Shown piece after piece: positions 1-46,771 of a DNA stretch of 64,000 nt. The notes beneath the pieces are model-generated. The model was not told where the DNA came from, searched no databases, and worked only from the letters and a program-made list of their open reading frames with translations. The position numbers were made by a program, and so were the translations under genes. The stretch spans positions 50,396,107 to 50,460,106 of the forward strand of contig NC_068988.1 in assembly GCF_001194135.2 (NCBI RefSeq), in the 5' to 3' direction. The stretch is from Octopus bimaculoides. Taxonomy: Eukaryota. Position 1 is the first letter of the stretch; each line of letters begins with the position of its first letter.

Positions 1-431
1 AAATAAAATTCCACTGTTCTTTTCTGTATTTTTTTCTTGGAAATTTTCTCAGTGCCTAATAAAGATAAACTGGTAATGAAAGACCATGGCTTTTGAAATA
101 TCTACTAGAATGGATTTATTTATAGGTGCTGAGATCTTGGTCACTTTTTTAATTTTATGTTTTTAACCTAACTCTTCCATTTGGTTCAATTTCTTACATG
201 ACTATTCCAAACTGTTCCTATCTTTTCACTTAACAAACCCAACCATCAAACCAGAACATAGTCTGAAAGTATGGATTCAGATGCAAATTAACCTAATACT
301 ACAACCTTATGTAAATGGAACACAACCAGCAGATAAATAAGAATATTAAAAAAAAAAACAATTAATAAAGAAAAAAAAAGAAACAATCTTCATCTAATTT
401 ACATCTCCATAATTTTTCTCTCTGTCTGCAG

Positions 432-32621
<32,190 letters not shown>

Positions 32622-32736
32622 GTTTGAAAGTTTGACTGAAAATTAAACAAATCCCTCCTGTTTCTTTTCATATCTTTTAACCCTATACAATCCCAGAGCC
32701 CATGTTCCTCTTCTATAAAAAAAAAGACAAAAAAAA

Positions 32737-32830
32737 AATAAACCATGCTGCTGTATTATAATTGTGGACTTTCGTGTTACAAGACAGAAAATAGCACAAA
32801 CAATAATGCTTCCCCTTGCAAACAAATAAA
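32737..32830 (+). other. Two AATAAA hexamers in the proximal 3' UTR (32737-32742, 32825-32830); possible polyadenylation signals
   Basis: Motif match only; AATAAA is frequent by chance in AT-rich DNA and the true 3' end may be further downstream. Confidence 0.25.
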
Positions 32831-32967
32831 ACTCATGCTAGTCCCTTACCCCAAACCCACATATTTTTTTTAATATTTTTTTTTTCCTTGTGACGCTGGA
32901 GAAAAGGACATTTTAAAATACTTTGAAGGAAGTATATATGCTACCAGTCTCTGTAGGAAGACATACA

Positions 32968-33013
<46 letters not shown>

Positions 33014-33739
33014 TACTAATGCTAACAGTACAGAGTTTCCAACAGTTTGTAAAGTGCAGCTACAGGGAAGGTGTTATATATATTAATGTTCTAAGACAAA
33101 AGCATATGACTCATGTAAAACAGAGTGGGCGGGTGGGGCAGGTATTGATCCCTTCACTTAAAACAAAATATACAGAATGAGCATTGCTCATAAGAATCAG
33201 TTTACTTGTCTTCTGCTATTATTATCATCTGAAGGGATTTTGCACCCACTCAAATTGGAATACATTGCATTACAAGATCACATCAAAGGAAAACAGGAAT
33301 ATAGATACATAGATAGAAATAAAGATAGATAGATATATAGATAGACAGACAGACACAATGCCATATAGATCCATGTTCTTAAGCACATACATAGATGCTT
33401 AGCTAATTTTTTTAAAAAAAGGAAGCTTATATATGTTCCATCTTACTTGAAGGCAAAATGTGACTTCAGATCAAATATTATATAACACCTTTATGTGTGT
33501 GCATGAATATGACAAGTAAGGAGACAGAGGATCTGTACATTTGTGTGTGTGGTATGTGAAAACTTCCAATAAGCTTTGAAATCCTACAAGAGAAAAGAGT
33601 TGGCTGATCTATTTTCAATAATTTTGAGTAAGGAAGTTTCTATATGACATTTTAAATGGCACTATTCCTCCTTTGAATTTCTTTCATTCTCTCTCTCTAT
33701 GTGTTGATGTGGGCTTATGAATGTGTGTGTGTGTATATC

Positions 33740-33780
<41 letters not shown>

Positions 33781-34921
33781 GATATGATTCTCCCTTCTGT
33801 CAACATAAGAGGGTATGCTTGGGCATAATATTGAATTACTTAGATTATAAATCTGCTTAAAGTATTCCAAGATATTTCCTGATTAGGCTTTAATTTATTA
33901 TCAGATTATCACGTGGGAGATGTTTTCAAATAAGCTTTATTGGTTTCCTCAAATTTCCCTAGAATCATTTTTTTTTTTACTTTCTAAATTCTCAAAATGT
34001 GAAAAGATCAGCAGGACTGAAGGGGCTTGCTGAATATAGGTTACCAAAATATTTTCCAAACAAAACTATGTCAATCTTAATTATTCAGAGCTTATGAAAT
34101 GTTTCAACTGCTTGGAATTAAAAGTTATCTTTTTTTATTTATCACATTTTATTTTACTTTTTCAAATCCAGTTCTAGACATTACTGAATTTTATTGAACT
34201 TATAACTATATTTGTATTTGATATCTTCCAATACCTGACGTGTATCTGTGTGCCCAGATAAGCACACATACACACACACACACATATATGTATACATACA
34301 CACACATATATATGTGTACACATACACACATCCATGCAACGAATGCTGTAGATATAAATTCTTAACAAGTCTGCAGCACTAGTACAAATTTCTAGTTGCA
34401 GCCACTTCACTAATGCTCTTTAGAAAGATATATAAAAGTTACATAATTTCATTTCTTCATCCTTAAGGCCAATATAAGACATCAGTACACCAAATAGACA
34501 CTCTCACATGCCATCTCAAGTTGATCAGTAATATTTGTGCATAGTTTTCTGCAGGAGACACACTTGTCACCCAATCACATGCATGTGATCATTTTTGTGA
34601 GCTTTAAAATACAAAACTTATGTTGCATGTTGCAACTGGACTTTAAATTGTTTAACATTATCATCTCTTACTCGGTAGTTGGAGATGAATGAGTGAAAGA
34701 GATTGCAAATTTATGAAGTCAATGGCTCATCAGGAAAGCTCTCGATTATCAACCAATAGACATGGCTTCCAGTCTCATCTGACTTTCAGACGATTTTTTT
34801 TTCTCTTTGTGCCTCTGTGTTTCTGTATATTTTCATCATATACTCACTCACACACACACACAATGTACACACAGATATGCACGTGTGTGTGTGTGTGTGT
34901 GTGTGAATACGTGTGTGCATA

Positions 34922-34960
<39 letters not shown>

Positions 34961-35206
34961 TTTAAAGTGTTGTGTAGACATTTTGCAAGTTAGGGGAAAA
35001 TGTTCTATTAGAAAGTATTGGTGGGGAAAGAAAGTTGAAACAAATCTCAAAGAATGGCTTCTGAGAACAATGTCTCCATTTACGGGTTGTACAAGCTGTT
35101 TATTTTTTTTTTTTCATTTCCTTTTTAGTTCCTCAATATGTGTGTTTGCGTGTACAAATAATTTTAAACAAGAGTCAACTGGAATTGTGCTATAGTATTC
35201 TTATAA

Positions 35207-35553
35207 NNNNNNNNNNNNNNNNNNNNNNNNNNNNNNNNNNNNNNNNNNNNNNNNNNNNNNNNNNNNNNNNNNNNNNNNNNNNNNNNNNNNNNNNNNNNNN
35301 NNNNNNNNNNNNNNNNNNNNNNNNNNNNNNNNNNNNNNNNNNNNNNNNNNNNNNNNNNNNNNNNNNNNNNNNNNNNNNNNNNNNNNNNNNNNNNNNNNNN
35401 NNNNNNNNNNNNNNNNNNNNNNNNNNNNNNNNNNNNNNNNNNNNNNNNNNNNNNNNNNNNNNNNNNNNNNNNNNNNNNNNNNNNNNNNNNNNNNNNNNNN
35501 NNNNNNNNNNNNNNNNNNNNNNNNNNNNNNNNNNNNNNNNNNNNNNNNNNNNN
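35207..35553. other. Assembly gap
   Basis: N run. Confidence 1.
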
Positions 35554-38486
35554 TATTGTGTAATGGCTCAAAGTTGGAAAGCTGATTCTTTTTTAAGTAT
35601 GTCATTATTTGATTCCTTCTTTTGAAAAGAAAACAACAAAGGAATAGAATGATACATGTTTTCTTCATTTGCCATTGAACATCCTTTTTATGAAGAAGGG
35701 ACTTTTTGTCTTAAGGTGAAATTCAAATCAAGAGTAAAAAAAAAAAAACCTTCATATATTCTTTCAGTTTATCTAATTAAATAGATAAATGACAAAATAA
35801 ATAAACTACCAGTATTCAAGAATCGATGGTTTTCTTTGAAACATATCTTCTTGTAAGAGTCATTGTTCAGGATAAGATAACTTGATTGAATTGAACACTA
35901 CAGTGTAGAAAGAGTAAGAGAGGTGAGCTACTTGACAGATTGAGACTGCAACCCACTCATTGAATCCCTGTCGTTGCTACTTAAGTCACAAAATATCCTC
36001 ATAAAACTCCCATGAATGTCACACAATCACACCTTCCTCACCTATAACTCTTGAATATTTTGTGCCTAAATGAGAAATCAGTATAGATGTTTAGTAGCAT
36101 GAAATGGTTATGTTCCCATCATAATGAAACCTCAAACTGACTTCACTCTCTAGGCAAAAATGTCGCATAATTCCATATTCCTTCCCCTATAAAACCGAGG
36201 TTTTGTTGTGCCTGTGTAAGAATTCGTTGTTCATTTGCTTTGTCTTGGTATTCTTGGATGCTAAACTGAAATGTTTTTTTTTACAGCTATTGGTGTTATT
36301 ATACTTTGTTTTTGCCATATATACATATATATATATATATACTTATATATACATATACATATATATATACATTTATATATATTCATATATATATATGCAC
36401 ACACATATACATCTCCCTTCGACTTACCAAAATTTGGCCATAACTGAGAACACTAATTCACCAGGCATGTATATCTGGAATGTCTGCAAACTGTAATTTC
36501 ATGATTGGTGCTATTAATGCTTTTTCTATTTTTTATTTTTATAGTAATTTATTTAACCTTTATTTATTTATTCATTTTGTTTGCCTTAATCCAAATTAAT
36601 ATCCTAAGCTTTTATATTCTGAAAGGTCAATTGTCATAATTTTAAGGGAGACATTTTAGGTTTGAGCAGGCCATCTAAAGCACTTTTTATTTCCCTCCCA
36701 CCTATAAATGAAAGAAAGAAAGAAAGAAAGAAAAGCATCAATAGATGTATATGTGAGTGTATGATACAATGGCTGTGAGATTTTTGTGTTGGATTACTGA
36801 CCTCATTGTCCAGAGTTTGAATCTTGCTACAGTCATTATATTTATACTTGAGAGCAAGGCATAAAACTCTGCTGCCTCAGTTTTCCTGGATAACAAGAGT
36901 TCATTATTTCATGGTTAATGGTAAGGACAAACAACTGTAGATATTATTGCCCTAACGATATGCAAATGTCCAAATTTTCAAAGACCATACCATTTTTGCT
37001 AGTATATAAAAAAAAAATGGATGTAAAATAGACATAAGTGTGAGTGTGTGTGGTTATTTGTGATAACTGTAGATACAAGAATAAACTAAAATTATAAATT
37101 GAAAAATAAAGAATACCGCCAATAAACTGATTGTGAAAAAGTGATCGTTTCTGAATTTTGACACAGATCAACATTTTTGGCTGCCATCTTGAGAAATTAT
37201 TTTTAATTGTTTGCAGTCAGGTCCCAGTTTGTTATTCTGTCACTGTAGTTAGAATTTGAATGATCAAAGCCTTATCTACATCTCTACATCTTGGAAGGTT
37301 TTCTTTACATTTATATGGATTTGTTTCCCTTCATTTCCATGTTAAAGGAAGAAAATTTGTCAGGTGATAAATGAGAAAATGTGTTAGTATTATAGCGGTG
37401 TGAGAGTACCTAAGAAGTGTAACACATCTGATGCACTGACCCTTTTACTTACTAGATGTACATGTTCTTTGTTGCATCTGAAATATCATAAAATATTCAT
37501 AATGTGCATCACAGCTGGTAGGCTATCATCTCAGTCTTGTGTCTCTATTGTAACACACGTAATTCTCGGGGACAGGCAAAGAATTAAAGTTGCCTTTACT
37601 GCTATTATAAAATATTATTGCTTAAGTTTCTTTTTTTTTTTTTAATTTTAATATAATTTTGTTTTCTTTTACATGTAGTTCTTTTGTTATTTTTTAATCC
37701 TTGTCTATCTTGAATTTTATTATCTATTAACAGGTATGTATGAGAGAGGGAGGGGTTACTTTCCAATGGTATTCATTTTTTAAATTGATTTCATTGAGTT
37801 AGCAATCTCAACATGTGACATGCTTTTTTATTAAGAAAGGGGGATGAAATAGCAATAACTACTCATTTACAACAGAAATTAACCTAAAGAAAAATAATTC
37901 CTTGATTCAAATCATCTTTCATGTTAAAACATAAATTTAGAGTGATACATGGTCTTTCATTGATGAACTAACTAAAAGTTGGTGCATTTTACTCTCACAC
38001 ACACACACTAAAACAAACAAAGCAGCTCACTGTTTTTATTTCCCAAAGTCTTAAATTATGTGTGTATATGTTGAAATGTATATAGTAAAATATTGTGTTG
38101 CTATGGTTAAAAGTATAAACGTCTGATTTACCTTTTAAATATATCATTTTCTAGTAGTAGTAATAATGATGATAATTATCCCAATAATAACAGCACTATT
38201 CCTTAAATGTCTTCTTGATATAGTTAAATGATAAATACTTCACCAAGAAATATATGATGCTGCTTCTACAGCAAATAAAATCCTGCAGAATGTTAGCAAT
38301 AAATTGTAGCTTATGACATATTAACACACGTATTTGGTAGGCTTTGAACAAAACTGAAACAGCAGACGTAACTATTATCAGTTACAGTTTATAACTGTCA
38401 ATCAGTATCTCTTACTCTAGATACCTTACTTGTCTGTGTAAACAAATTTATGTCCACCTGCTGATATATATATATATATGTATATG

Positions 38487-38892
38487 TGCAGGTATGTTTG
38501 TGTGGTTAAGAAGCCCACTTTTTCAACCATGTGGTTTTGGGTTCAGTCCCACTGTGAAACACCTTGGGTAAATGTCTTCTACTATAGCCTCATGCCGACC
38601 ACTGCCTTGTGAATGGTGGACAGGAACTGTGTGGGAGCCGCCTGTCATATACGTATGTGTGTGTTGTGTGTCTTTTTGTGTTTGTTCCCCACACTACTGC
38701 CATCCCTTAACAACTGGTGTTGGTTTGTTTATGTCCCCCATAACTTAGTGGTTTAGTAAAAGAGACCAATAGAAATAAGTACCAGATTTTAAAAAAGAAA
38801 TATAGCACTGGGGTCAATTTGTTCAACTAAACCCATCAAGGCAGTGCCCCAGCATGGCCACAGTTTAGTGACTGAAACAAGTAAATGATAAA
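38487..38892 (+). mobile_element. SINE family 2 (tRNA head, internal TG microsatellite, GATAGAATAAGTACCAG and GTGCCCCAGCATGGCCACAG 3' motifs)
   Basis: Colinear with 46772-47105, 57846-58255 and 60651-61030; partial copies near 8395, 12368, 43733 and 44219. Confidence 0.8.
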
Positions 38893-39595
38893 CAATATAC
38901 ACACATAAGCAAAAACAAATTACATGATATGCATTTGTTTTTCAAGTTCCAGATTCTTCCTTCTTTACACCAAATATTCTATGACTTCCCCCACCCCATC
39001 AGATCTATGCACTCAGCCTACTGCTCTAAAAAAAGAGAGAAAAAAGCGCAAAAAAATCTCTGCGATAATGCCCTAACTTAACCCTACCCTTTCTACCATC
39101 AAGTCTCTGATATCCTGCTGACTGCTTAAACTCTTATTGTGTGCAGCTATATCTGAATCTTCACAGGTAAACAAAAAATTGTGGAATCATTCTAACAAAT
39201 GAGTAAAAATAAAGGCAGAAAAAAAAGTCTTTAAAAGGACTGACTGTTTTGTTATTGAAGTATCAATGTTTTCCCAACCCTAACACACACTGATAATGGA
39301 TAATTTTATATGGATATACCACATAGTGACTTATGGTATATTAATGATTTTTATATACATTAAGCTATACTATACTGCTGATCTGTGATTTTGTATATAT
39401 GTATGTATGAAATCACATGGTTGCTCATAGTGTATCTGTATAATTTTATACATTATATATATACTATGCTGATGGATATGGCATAACCTATAATTTTATA
39501 TATTAGGTTTATACCATGCTGGCTTCTGGTAATATTTATATGATTTTAAAATTTAGATATAACATGTTGCTGGCTTATGGTATATAATGGATTAT

Positions 39596-39638
<43 letters not shown>

Positions 39639-40168
39639 TTTTGTATGTTAGATATACCATGCTTATGATATATCTATACAGTTTACCATGCTCTCATATT
39701 TATCAGGTTTTATTTGTTTCTCATTTCCCCTCCCTTCCAATTAAATTTTTCACTCTCCTGCTCTTCTCCTCCCTCCTTTAATCTGTGTTGTGGATTTTTA
39801 CCTGATTTGATTTTCATTTTATTTTATAATAAAAGCAAAATAATAAAAGTTGATCATTTTAAGAAAAAAAAAATGCAATAAATTAACCAAGTTTTTCTTG
39901 CCTTTTATTTAAAAATTCACTAATTAACAATTTGGCTATTTGCTGAGACATGATTCAGTAAGAATAATAAGCTCAAATCTATTAACACTTCATAGTATAA
40001 TATCATACAATAATTACAGCATAAATAATCATTTTCATAGTTCCAAATATCTATAGGGCTAGTGTCTGTCTCTGCTTTCTATAGTTTCAAGATGTTGAAA
40101 TACAGAGCAGCGTCTTCTCACAGCTAGTTTTTCCCACCAAATTATTCATCTATATTGTGATATTGCTT

Positions 40169-40381
40169 TAAGATGGTAAGCTGGCAGAACTGTTAACACA
40201 CCATGCAAAATGCTTAGCATTTCACCCATCATTACATTCTGAGTTCAAATTCTGCCAAGGTCAACTTTGCTTTTCATCTTTTCTGGGTTGATGAAATGAG
40301 TACCAGTTGAACACTGGAGTCAATGTAATAGACTTACCCACTTCCCCTGAAATTGTTGGCCTTGAGCCAAAAATTGAAACC
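40169..40381 (+). mobile_element. SINE family 1, full-length copy
   Basis: Colinear with 59981-60197. Confidence 0.82.
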
Positions 40382-40611
40382 AAAATTGGGATATTTAAAT
40401 TGGTGAATTATATATCATCTTATCGAATCTATTTAGAGTTATGTAAACTCAGCCATTAACACTTAGGTGTATTGACAATACACAGTGCTAAGAGTAGATG
40501 GTTTATATTACATAAGAACCTTAACAATCAGTGAAGTAGTATAGCTTAAACCTTGCTAAAATCATATTACAAATTGGCCTGCAAGAACTTATCTGTTAGT
40601 ATCCTGCAAAA

Positions 40612-40832
40612 AGCACTTGTGTCAGCGCCACATATAAAATGTCCATGCCAGTGCCACATAAAAAGCACCCTGCATATTCTGTAAAGTGGTTGACTTTAGG
40701 AAGGGCATCAAACCATAAAAACTAAGTCAAATCAGATTAGAATCTGGTGCAGCTCTCCTACTTGCCAGCTCTGGTCAAACCATCCATCCCATACCAGCAT
40801 GGAAAATGGATGTTAAAGAATGATGATGATGT
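40612..40832 (+). mobile_element. Repeat family 4 copy
   Basis: GTGCCACATAAAAAGCACC..AGGAAGGGCATC..GGATGTTAAAGAATGATGATGAT. Confidence 0.75.
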
Positions 40833-40919
40833 GTACCTAGGAAAACAATGTAAATTTACTAGCCTCAGTCTGCCTGGATGACAAGTGAAAACTACATAAA
40901 TATTCTGTAAATAATGATA

Positions 40920-41221
40920 TTTTATTAGCAATCCCTGTTTATTGACTAAAGAAAATAACTTGATACTGGGGTGTGCAAGTCCTTGAGGGGAAAAAAGTGG
41001 GTTTCCCATACATATGGGAAATGCACACACTTCTTTAAAAAATGACACTAATGGGAAAAAGTGAATGGGTACATTGGTGTAATAGTAGTACACTTGTGAA
41101 TATATAGAGGTGTAGGTTCACATCTCATGCATATGGAAAACCCACTTTCTTCCATTGAGAGATTATATGCCCCAATAATATACTATTTTCTTTAGTCAAT
41201 ACATGGTGATTGCTTATAAAG
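40920..41221. mobile_element. About 300-bp MITE with ~100-bp imperfect TIRs and TA flanks
   Basis: 40921-41020 pairs with 41120-41220 (TATTGACTAAAGAAAATA and AAAGTGGGTTT.CCATA blocks); TA at 40918-40919 and 41222-41223. Confidence 0.75.
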
Positions 41222-41553
41222 TACTAATATTAATTTATAGAATTGTCACTTGTCACTGCTTCTCAACTCATTGCAGAAAACGCACATACTTGTTTGTTTA
41301 AAATATATATGGTTTGTGAATGACTGACAATATTCTCAATCCTACCATGGGCTCAGTAGCAGGAAGACCAAACATACAGCTGTAAAAGCAGTCCAATAAT
41401 TCATATGCCAATATTAGTTTATGAGCACTTAACTCCACTCTGCCTTCTTGCTCTGGGAAAAACTGAATTTTAAATGGTCAAAAAAACTTAAATTAAAAAA
41501 AGTATTTTATGGCGCGCACACACACACACGCATACACACACATACATACATAC

Positions 41554-41586
<33 letters not shown>

Positions 41587-41790
41587 ACAACAGCAGTTTC
41601 ATGCAGCTCTGAATGACAGTTTCATGGTGTGTAGAGCACATCCATCTTATCAGATATTAGAGGTATGAGAGATTTGAGACAAATTCAAGACTACTTTTAG
41701 ATGTTTGGCTATATTAATATATGCAACTCCTACCAAATGTGTTGAGTGACACTTTCATTGTTCACTTTCCTATATATATATATATATATT

Positions 41791-42115
41791 GTGAAAGTAC
41801 ATGGCTAGGTGGTTAGGGATATTCAGCTCATGATTATAAAGGTCATGGGTTTGATATCCAGTAGCATGTTGTGTCCTGGAATAAGACGCTATTTCACTTT
41901 GCTCCAGTCCACTCAGCTAGCAAAATTGAGTTATACATTGTAGTTAGCGGGCTAACCTTTTTCACATTCTGTATCATGTGGAATCTCCCTGGGAACTAGA
42001 TTAAGGGTACACATGTCTGTGGTGTTTTCAGTAACTTGCATGTTAATTTTACAAGCAGGCTGTTCCGTTAATGGAATCAACTGGAACACTCGCTCTCATA
42101 ACTGATGGAGAGCCA
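41791..42115 (+). mobile_element. SINE family 3, older copy
   Basis: Shares the TTAAGGGTACAC.TGTCTGTGG and GCAGGCTGTTCCGTT 3' body with 29419-29807. Confidence 0.75.
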
Positions 42116-43127
42116 GGCAAATGTGTGTGTGTTTTATTAGTTTCCTTTAACTAATCAATGAATCAACTTAAGTATAGTATTAATTTCTTACTATGACACA
42201 GAGCTATAAAACTGTTGAGAAGGTATATATTCAGTTGGAGTTATTTGGTACATTACTGGAATCCGTATTCACTGAAAAGGCTATAGACATAACATTTCTA
42301 CCATCCAACCATGTTCTGCTATATTGGTATATACTTAGTAAGCATAAACATAAGTGTGTGGTTATGGTGTTCACTTCCCAACTACATGTTCCAGTTTCAC
42401 TGTTTGGGTTAACCAGTCTTGTAAGTAGATCTGGTAGCTGCAATCTGAATGTGTGTATGTTTGTTGTGTCTCTGGTTGCCTTTATATCATGTGGTAGTTG
42501 CAAATGAGTATCCCCTTCATACAAGCGGTGTTATTTGCTTTCAATCTTCCTTAAAATTATGTCCAGCTGTTGAGAAACATTACCTTGCTTGTAAACAGAT
42601 GAGGGTTGGCAATAGGAATGGCATTTGGCCTTAAAAAAATCAGCCTCGATGAAGTACATTTGATCCATCCAATTACATGGAAAAGTGGATGTTAAATCCG
42701 ATGATGATTATTAGTAAACTATTTTAACATGAAATGAACTTTGAAGTCAATGCTGTTAATGTTTAAATAGCAAAATATCTTGTTCACCAGCATTACTATT
42801 TTAGCCAAGTCTAATTACTCTTTTATACCAACCGTCTATCATTAGTATTGTACATGAATTTAAGAGTAAAATTGTAGACAAAAGAATGAAATGGTCTTCA
42901 CAAGAACTAGGAGATTATAATGACAGTTTTAAGAATTTTGCAGTTTTAATGTTGCTTATTGGGGGTCAGCTGTCTTCTCTACCATATACAATATATGTGA
43001 TAACATAATTTCATGTGATATTGATAAAATATTTGTGTGAGTACATACATACACTTGTGTATATTTTGTTTTATGTGTAGATGTACATACACACACACAT
43101 TTGCCCATTTATACATATATGTATATA

Positions 43128-43180
<53 letters not shown>

Positions 43181-43868
43181 GCACACATATATATATTTAG
43201 CATCACAATAAATTTGACTCTACTCTCACTCTAGAGTTACCTCAGCAGCAAATTTTTCATTATTTTTCTGTACCTTACTTTTACAAATTGCCATATAATA
43301 CATCACAAGCATCCAGAACGAATTAACACAAACATTCCATCCACCTCTCTCTCTCTCTCTTTCTCTCTGTATAATATACATACACATTTAAGACCCAGCT
43401 GCCTCCCACGAATGGGTATGGCTTAGTAACATGTACCATAGCTTTTCTCTCTTTGTTTTTGGTGCCTGTATAATCGCAAGCAGACTTAGACACTCTCTCA
43501 ACCCTCCCACCTTTTTAACTCAGTGGCACATCCAGGTTGTAACAACCAGAAGGAGAAAGAGCTGCACCAGAACTCAGCTAATACTAATTTCCATCTGAGT
43601 CACCTAGAGCAACTTGCTCAAGGACACAACAAGCTGCCCAGTCTTGGAATTGGAACCATTACATTATTATCATATAATTTTGAGCCAAACACTCAATCTA
43701 CAAGTTTGTGCGCTTTCCCTATATATATATATGCATGGGTTGAGGTTCAATCCCACTGTGTGACATCTTGAGCAACTGTTTTCTACAGCTCCAAGCAGAC
43801 TGAAGCCTTGAGTGGATTTGTGGAGCAAAAACTGAAAGAAGCCCATGATGTATATGTGTGTGTTTATG

Positions 43869-43901
<33 letters not shown>

Positions 43902-44098
43902 TTGTGAGAGAGAGGGAGGGGGGGCTCATTGTGTCCTTGTTTGGTCATCATGCAATAGTTACAAATGAGTGTCACCTGTTTCCAGCCTTCCATGGAAAAG
44001 TTTAGCTATGGGAAGAATTTGCTTTGCTTGAAAATAGATGAGGCCTAACAACAGGAAGAGCTTACAGCCATAGAAAATCTGCTTCAGAGAGCACTAAA

Positions 44099-44182
<84 letters not shown>

Positions 44183-45935
44183 ATGTGTGTGTTTGTGCAC
44201 ATGTGTATGTGTGTGTGTACAGGCATGACTGTATGATTAAGATGCTTACTTCCCAGTTACATACTTTTGTGTTCACTTTGGGCAAGTGTCATCTACTATA
44301 CCACCAGGCTAACTATATCCTAGTGAGTAGATTTGATTGACAGGTGCTGAAAGAGTTCATTATATATGTATATGTGTGTGTGTGTACCTTTGTCTTGATG
44401 TCAAGTTTGTAAATGATCCTCACTGGCATACAAGCAATGTTGTTCATTTCCAGTCTTCTGTGAAAAAAAATGTCAGGCCATGGGAGAATATTACTTTGTA
44501 TGAAAACAGGTGAAGGTTGGTAACGAGAAGGGCACTACAATATTAATGAAACGTTAATGCTGAGAAACAAATCACAGACCTTTTTTTTTTTTTTTTTAGA
44601 TTATTCTAAGCCATCTTTGGCTTAACAAATGGGATTATAGAAAATAATGTTGACTTAAAGACTAGTAATAAAATATCAGCTGGAAGTTTGCTATAGTTTC
44701 AAGAAGTTGGACAGGAAGACAGTGCAACAAATGATTGTAAGTGAGCTCATCAGAACAGAGATTGTTAGTGTAACAGCAGAAATCAGAAAAAGAAAACATG
44801 ACACAGTAATAGGCAAATGGATATAGTGTTGGGTAGCTTTTTCTCAGATGTAATTTAAATTTGATGGGAAGTCACTGTCATTACAGTCCCTCTGTTGCAG
44901 TTGGTTCCAAGGTGTACAGCATATCTACATCTTGTAAGGGACCAAAAACTGTTTACGCTATATTACATACACTATTTTACGACTATAACAACCACACCAC
45001 TCTACATTATCGCATTCTGCCATTATTATATCTTTACAATTAATACTCTCATGCACAGACACTTACACATAAAAAAAGTTTTCACTTAAATTAATTCATG
45101 TCTCATACCTTACTTTTCCACTGATTAGGTCTGATGACTCTCATTTCCAGTTATCATCATCATCATCATTTAGCATCCAATTTCCATTTCAAATTTCTTC
45201 AAAATCCCAGTTTCACCAATATGTTGTACTTTGTGTTTTTGTGTGGTGGGGGGGGAGGTCATGTCATTGGTGAGCTCACTAGTACTGATATATGAAAAAA
45301 AAAGCACCCACAACAATCTGTAAAGTGTTTGGCATTAGAAAGGCCATCCAACCATTGGAAACTGGCAAAACAGACATTGAATCTCAACACAGTCTTCTGA
45401 CCTGTTGGATCCTGTCTCATTGTCCAACCCATACCAGCTTAGAATATGAACACTACAGAAAATAGTGTTGATGACAATGTGTATATATATATAAATACAT
45501 GCTCACATTCTGCTTCTCTGCATTGAGAGATTACAGCTCTGTTATTATGGACATGTTATTACTATGTCAGAGGAAAAAATCTCAAGATGGATTCTTCAAG
45601 CTGAGCCAACCAACAGGAGAATGAAATGGTTGGATACTATTCATAGTTTCAGTTGGTCATGTATAAGAACCCAACCAGAAAGTATAATGACACTTGCTTC
45701 TGACAGGATCTTATAAAGGAGTTGCCAGTGAACTCTATCACCATTACCCTACAAGAATAGTGGACTGAGAATATGAATATATATATGTATATATATATAT
45801 ATATATGCACAAACACACCTGAAGCAGGTACAATAATCTAGATAAATTTATAATTATATATATGAAGGATTGGATTATAGGTGATTCAAAAACATTTGAT
45901 TGTTTAATTAATTAAAGAGAAAAATAACTAGGAAG

Positions 45936-45982
45936 CCTTTTACAGATGTGTTTTCAAAAATATTGTTTCCTCATCAGAGATG
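45936..45982 (-). ncRNA. Degenerate hammerhead-like motif
   Basis: Minus strand CAUCU CUGAUGA GGAAAC-AAUA-UUUUU GAAA ACA-CAUC-UGU A AAAGG; core blocks in the right order, stems I and II partly mismatched. Confidence 0.35.
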
Positions 45983-46467
45983 TACTACTACACTTCAGCT
46001 ACAAAAGCAACTAGCAAGTTAACTTGTTAAATCAAAATATATATATATATAACAATAATGATGATAAAACATAAAGAGGTTTCCTTATTTCCATATATTT
46101 TAGTTGGTTACAAAGTTCATTGAACATGGGGCATGAGCAATCTTTTTTGAGAAGCAGGCTTCTTAAAACCTGGTTCATCATCAGGTAGGCCACACTATTA
46201 AAGAAAATTCTAAGGTAATATTTTGTCAGGTACACCACTCAGAAAGTCCCATGGGCCACATGTTGCCCATGACTGACAAGGAATATAGTGTAAATCAGAA
46301 TACCAGAGGCATGTATAATGTGAATAAATCTACACTTATTTATATGAAGGCATTTTGCTGGGAACATTGCAGACAATGTGAAAACATTCCAATATGCTAT
46401 TTAATATATGGAAAAAATAATTAAAATTTCAAGTATATATATTTATGTAAATGTAGGTATATGTATG

Positions 46468-46506
<39 letters not shown>

Positions 46507-46771
46507 ATATATGTATATAAATATGTATGCATATGTGTATATGTAGAAATATGCATATATGCACTTATATATGAATGGGCACATGTATATGTGTACAGTT
46601 ATATTTATACATTTTATATATATATAATGTGCATATATACATGTATGTATGTATCTGTATGTTGATATATATGTTAATATATATGTATCATTATCATGAT
46701 ATACATATTTATGTACATGTTCATATATATATTATATGAGTATAGGTGTGCATGCATATATGCATGAGTGC

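Noticed and set aside
35140-35668. Long ORFs containing X runs (also 52692-53651, 54884-55241, 61376-61787)
   Set aside because: They are artefacts of reading through N gaps.
38975-39130. CCCTAACTTAACCCTACCC motif reminiscent of telomere-like or Helentron-associated repeats
   Set aside because: Only about 2 imperfect units and no element boundaries could be defined.
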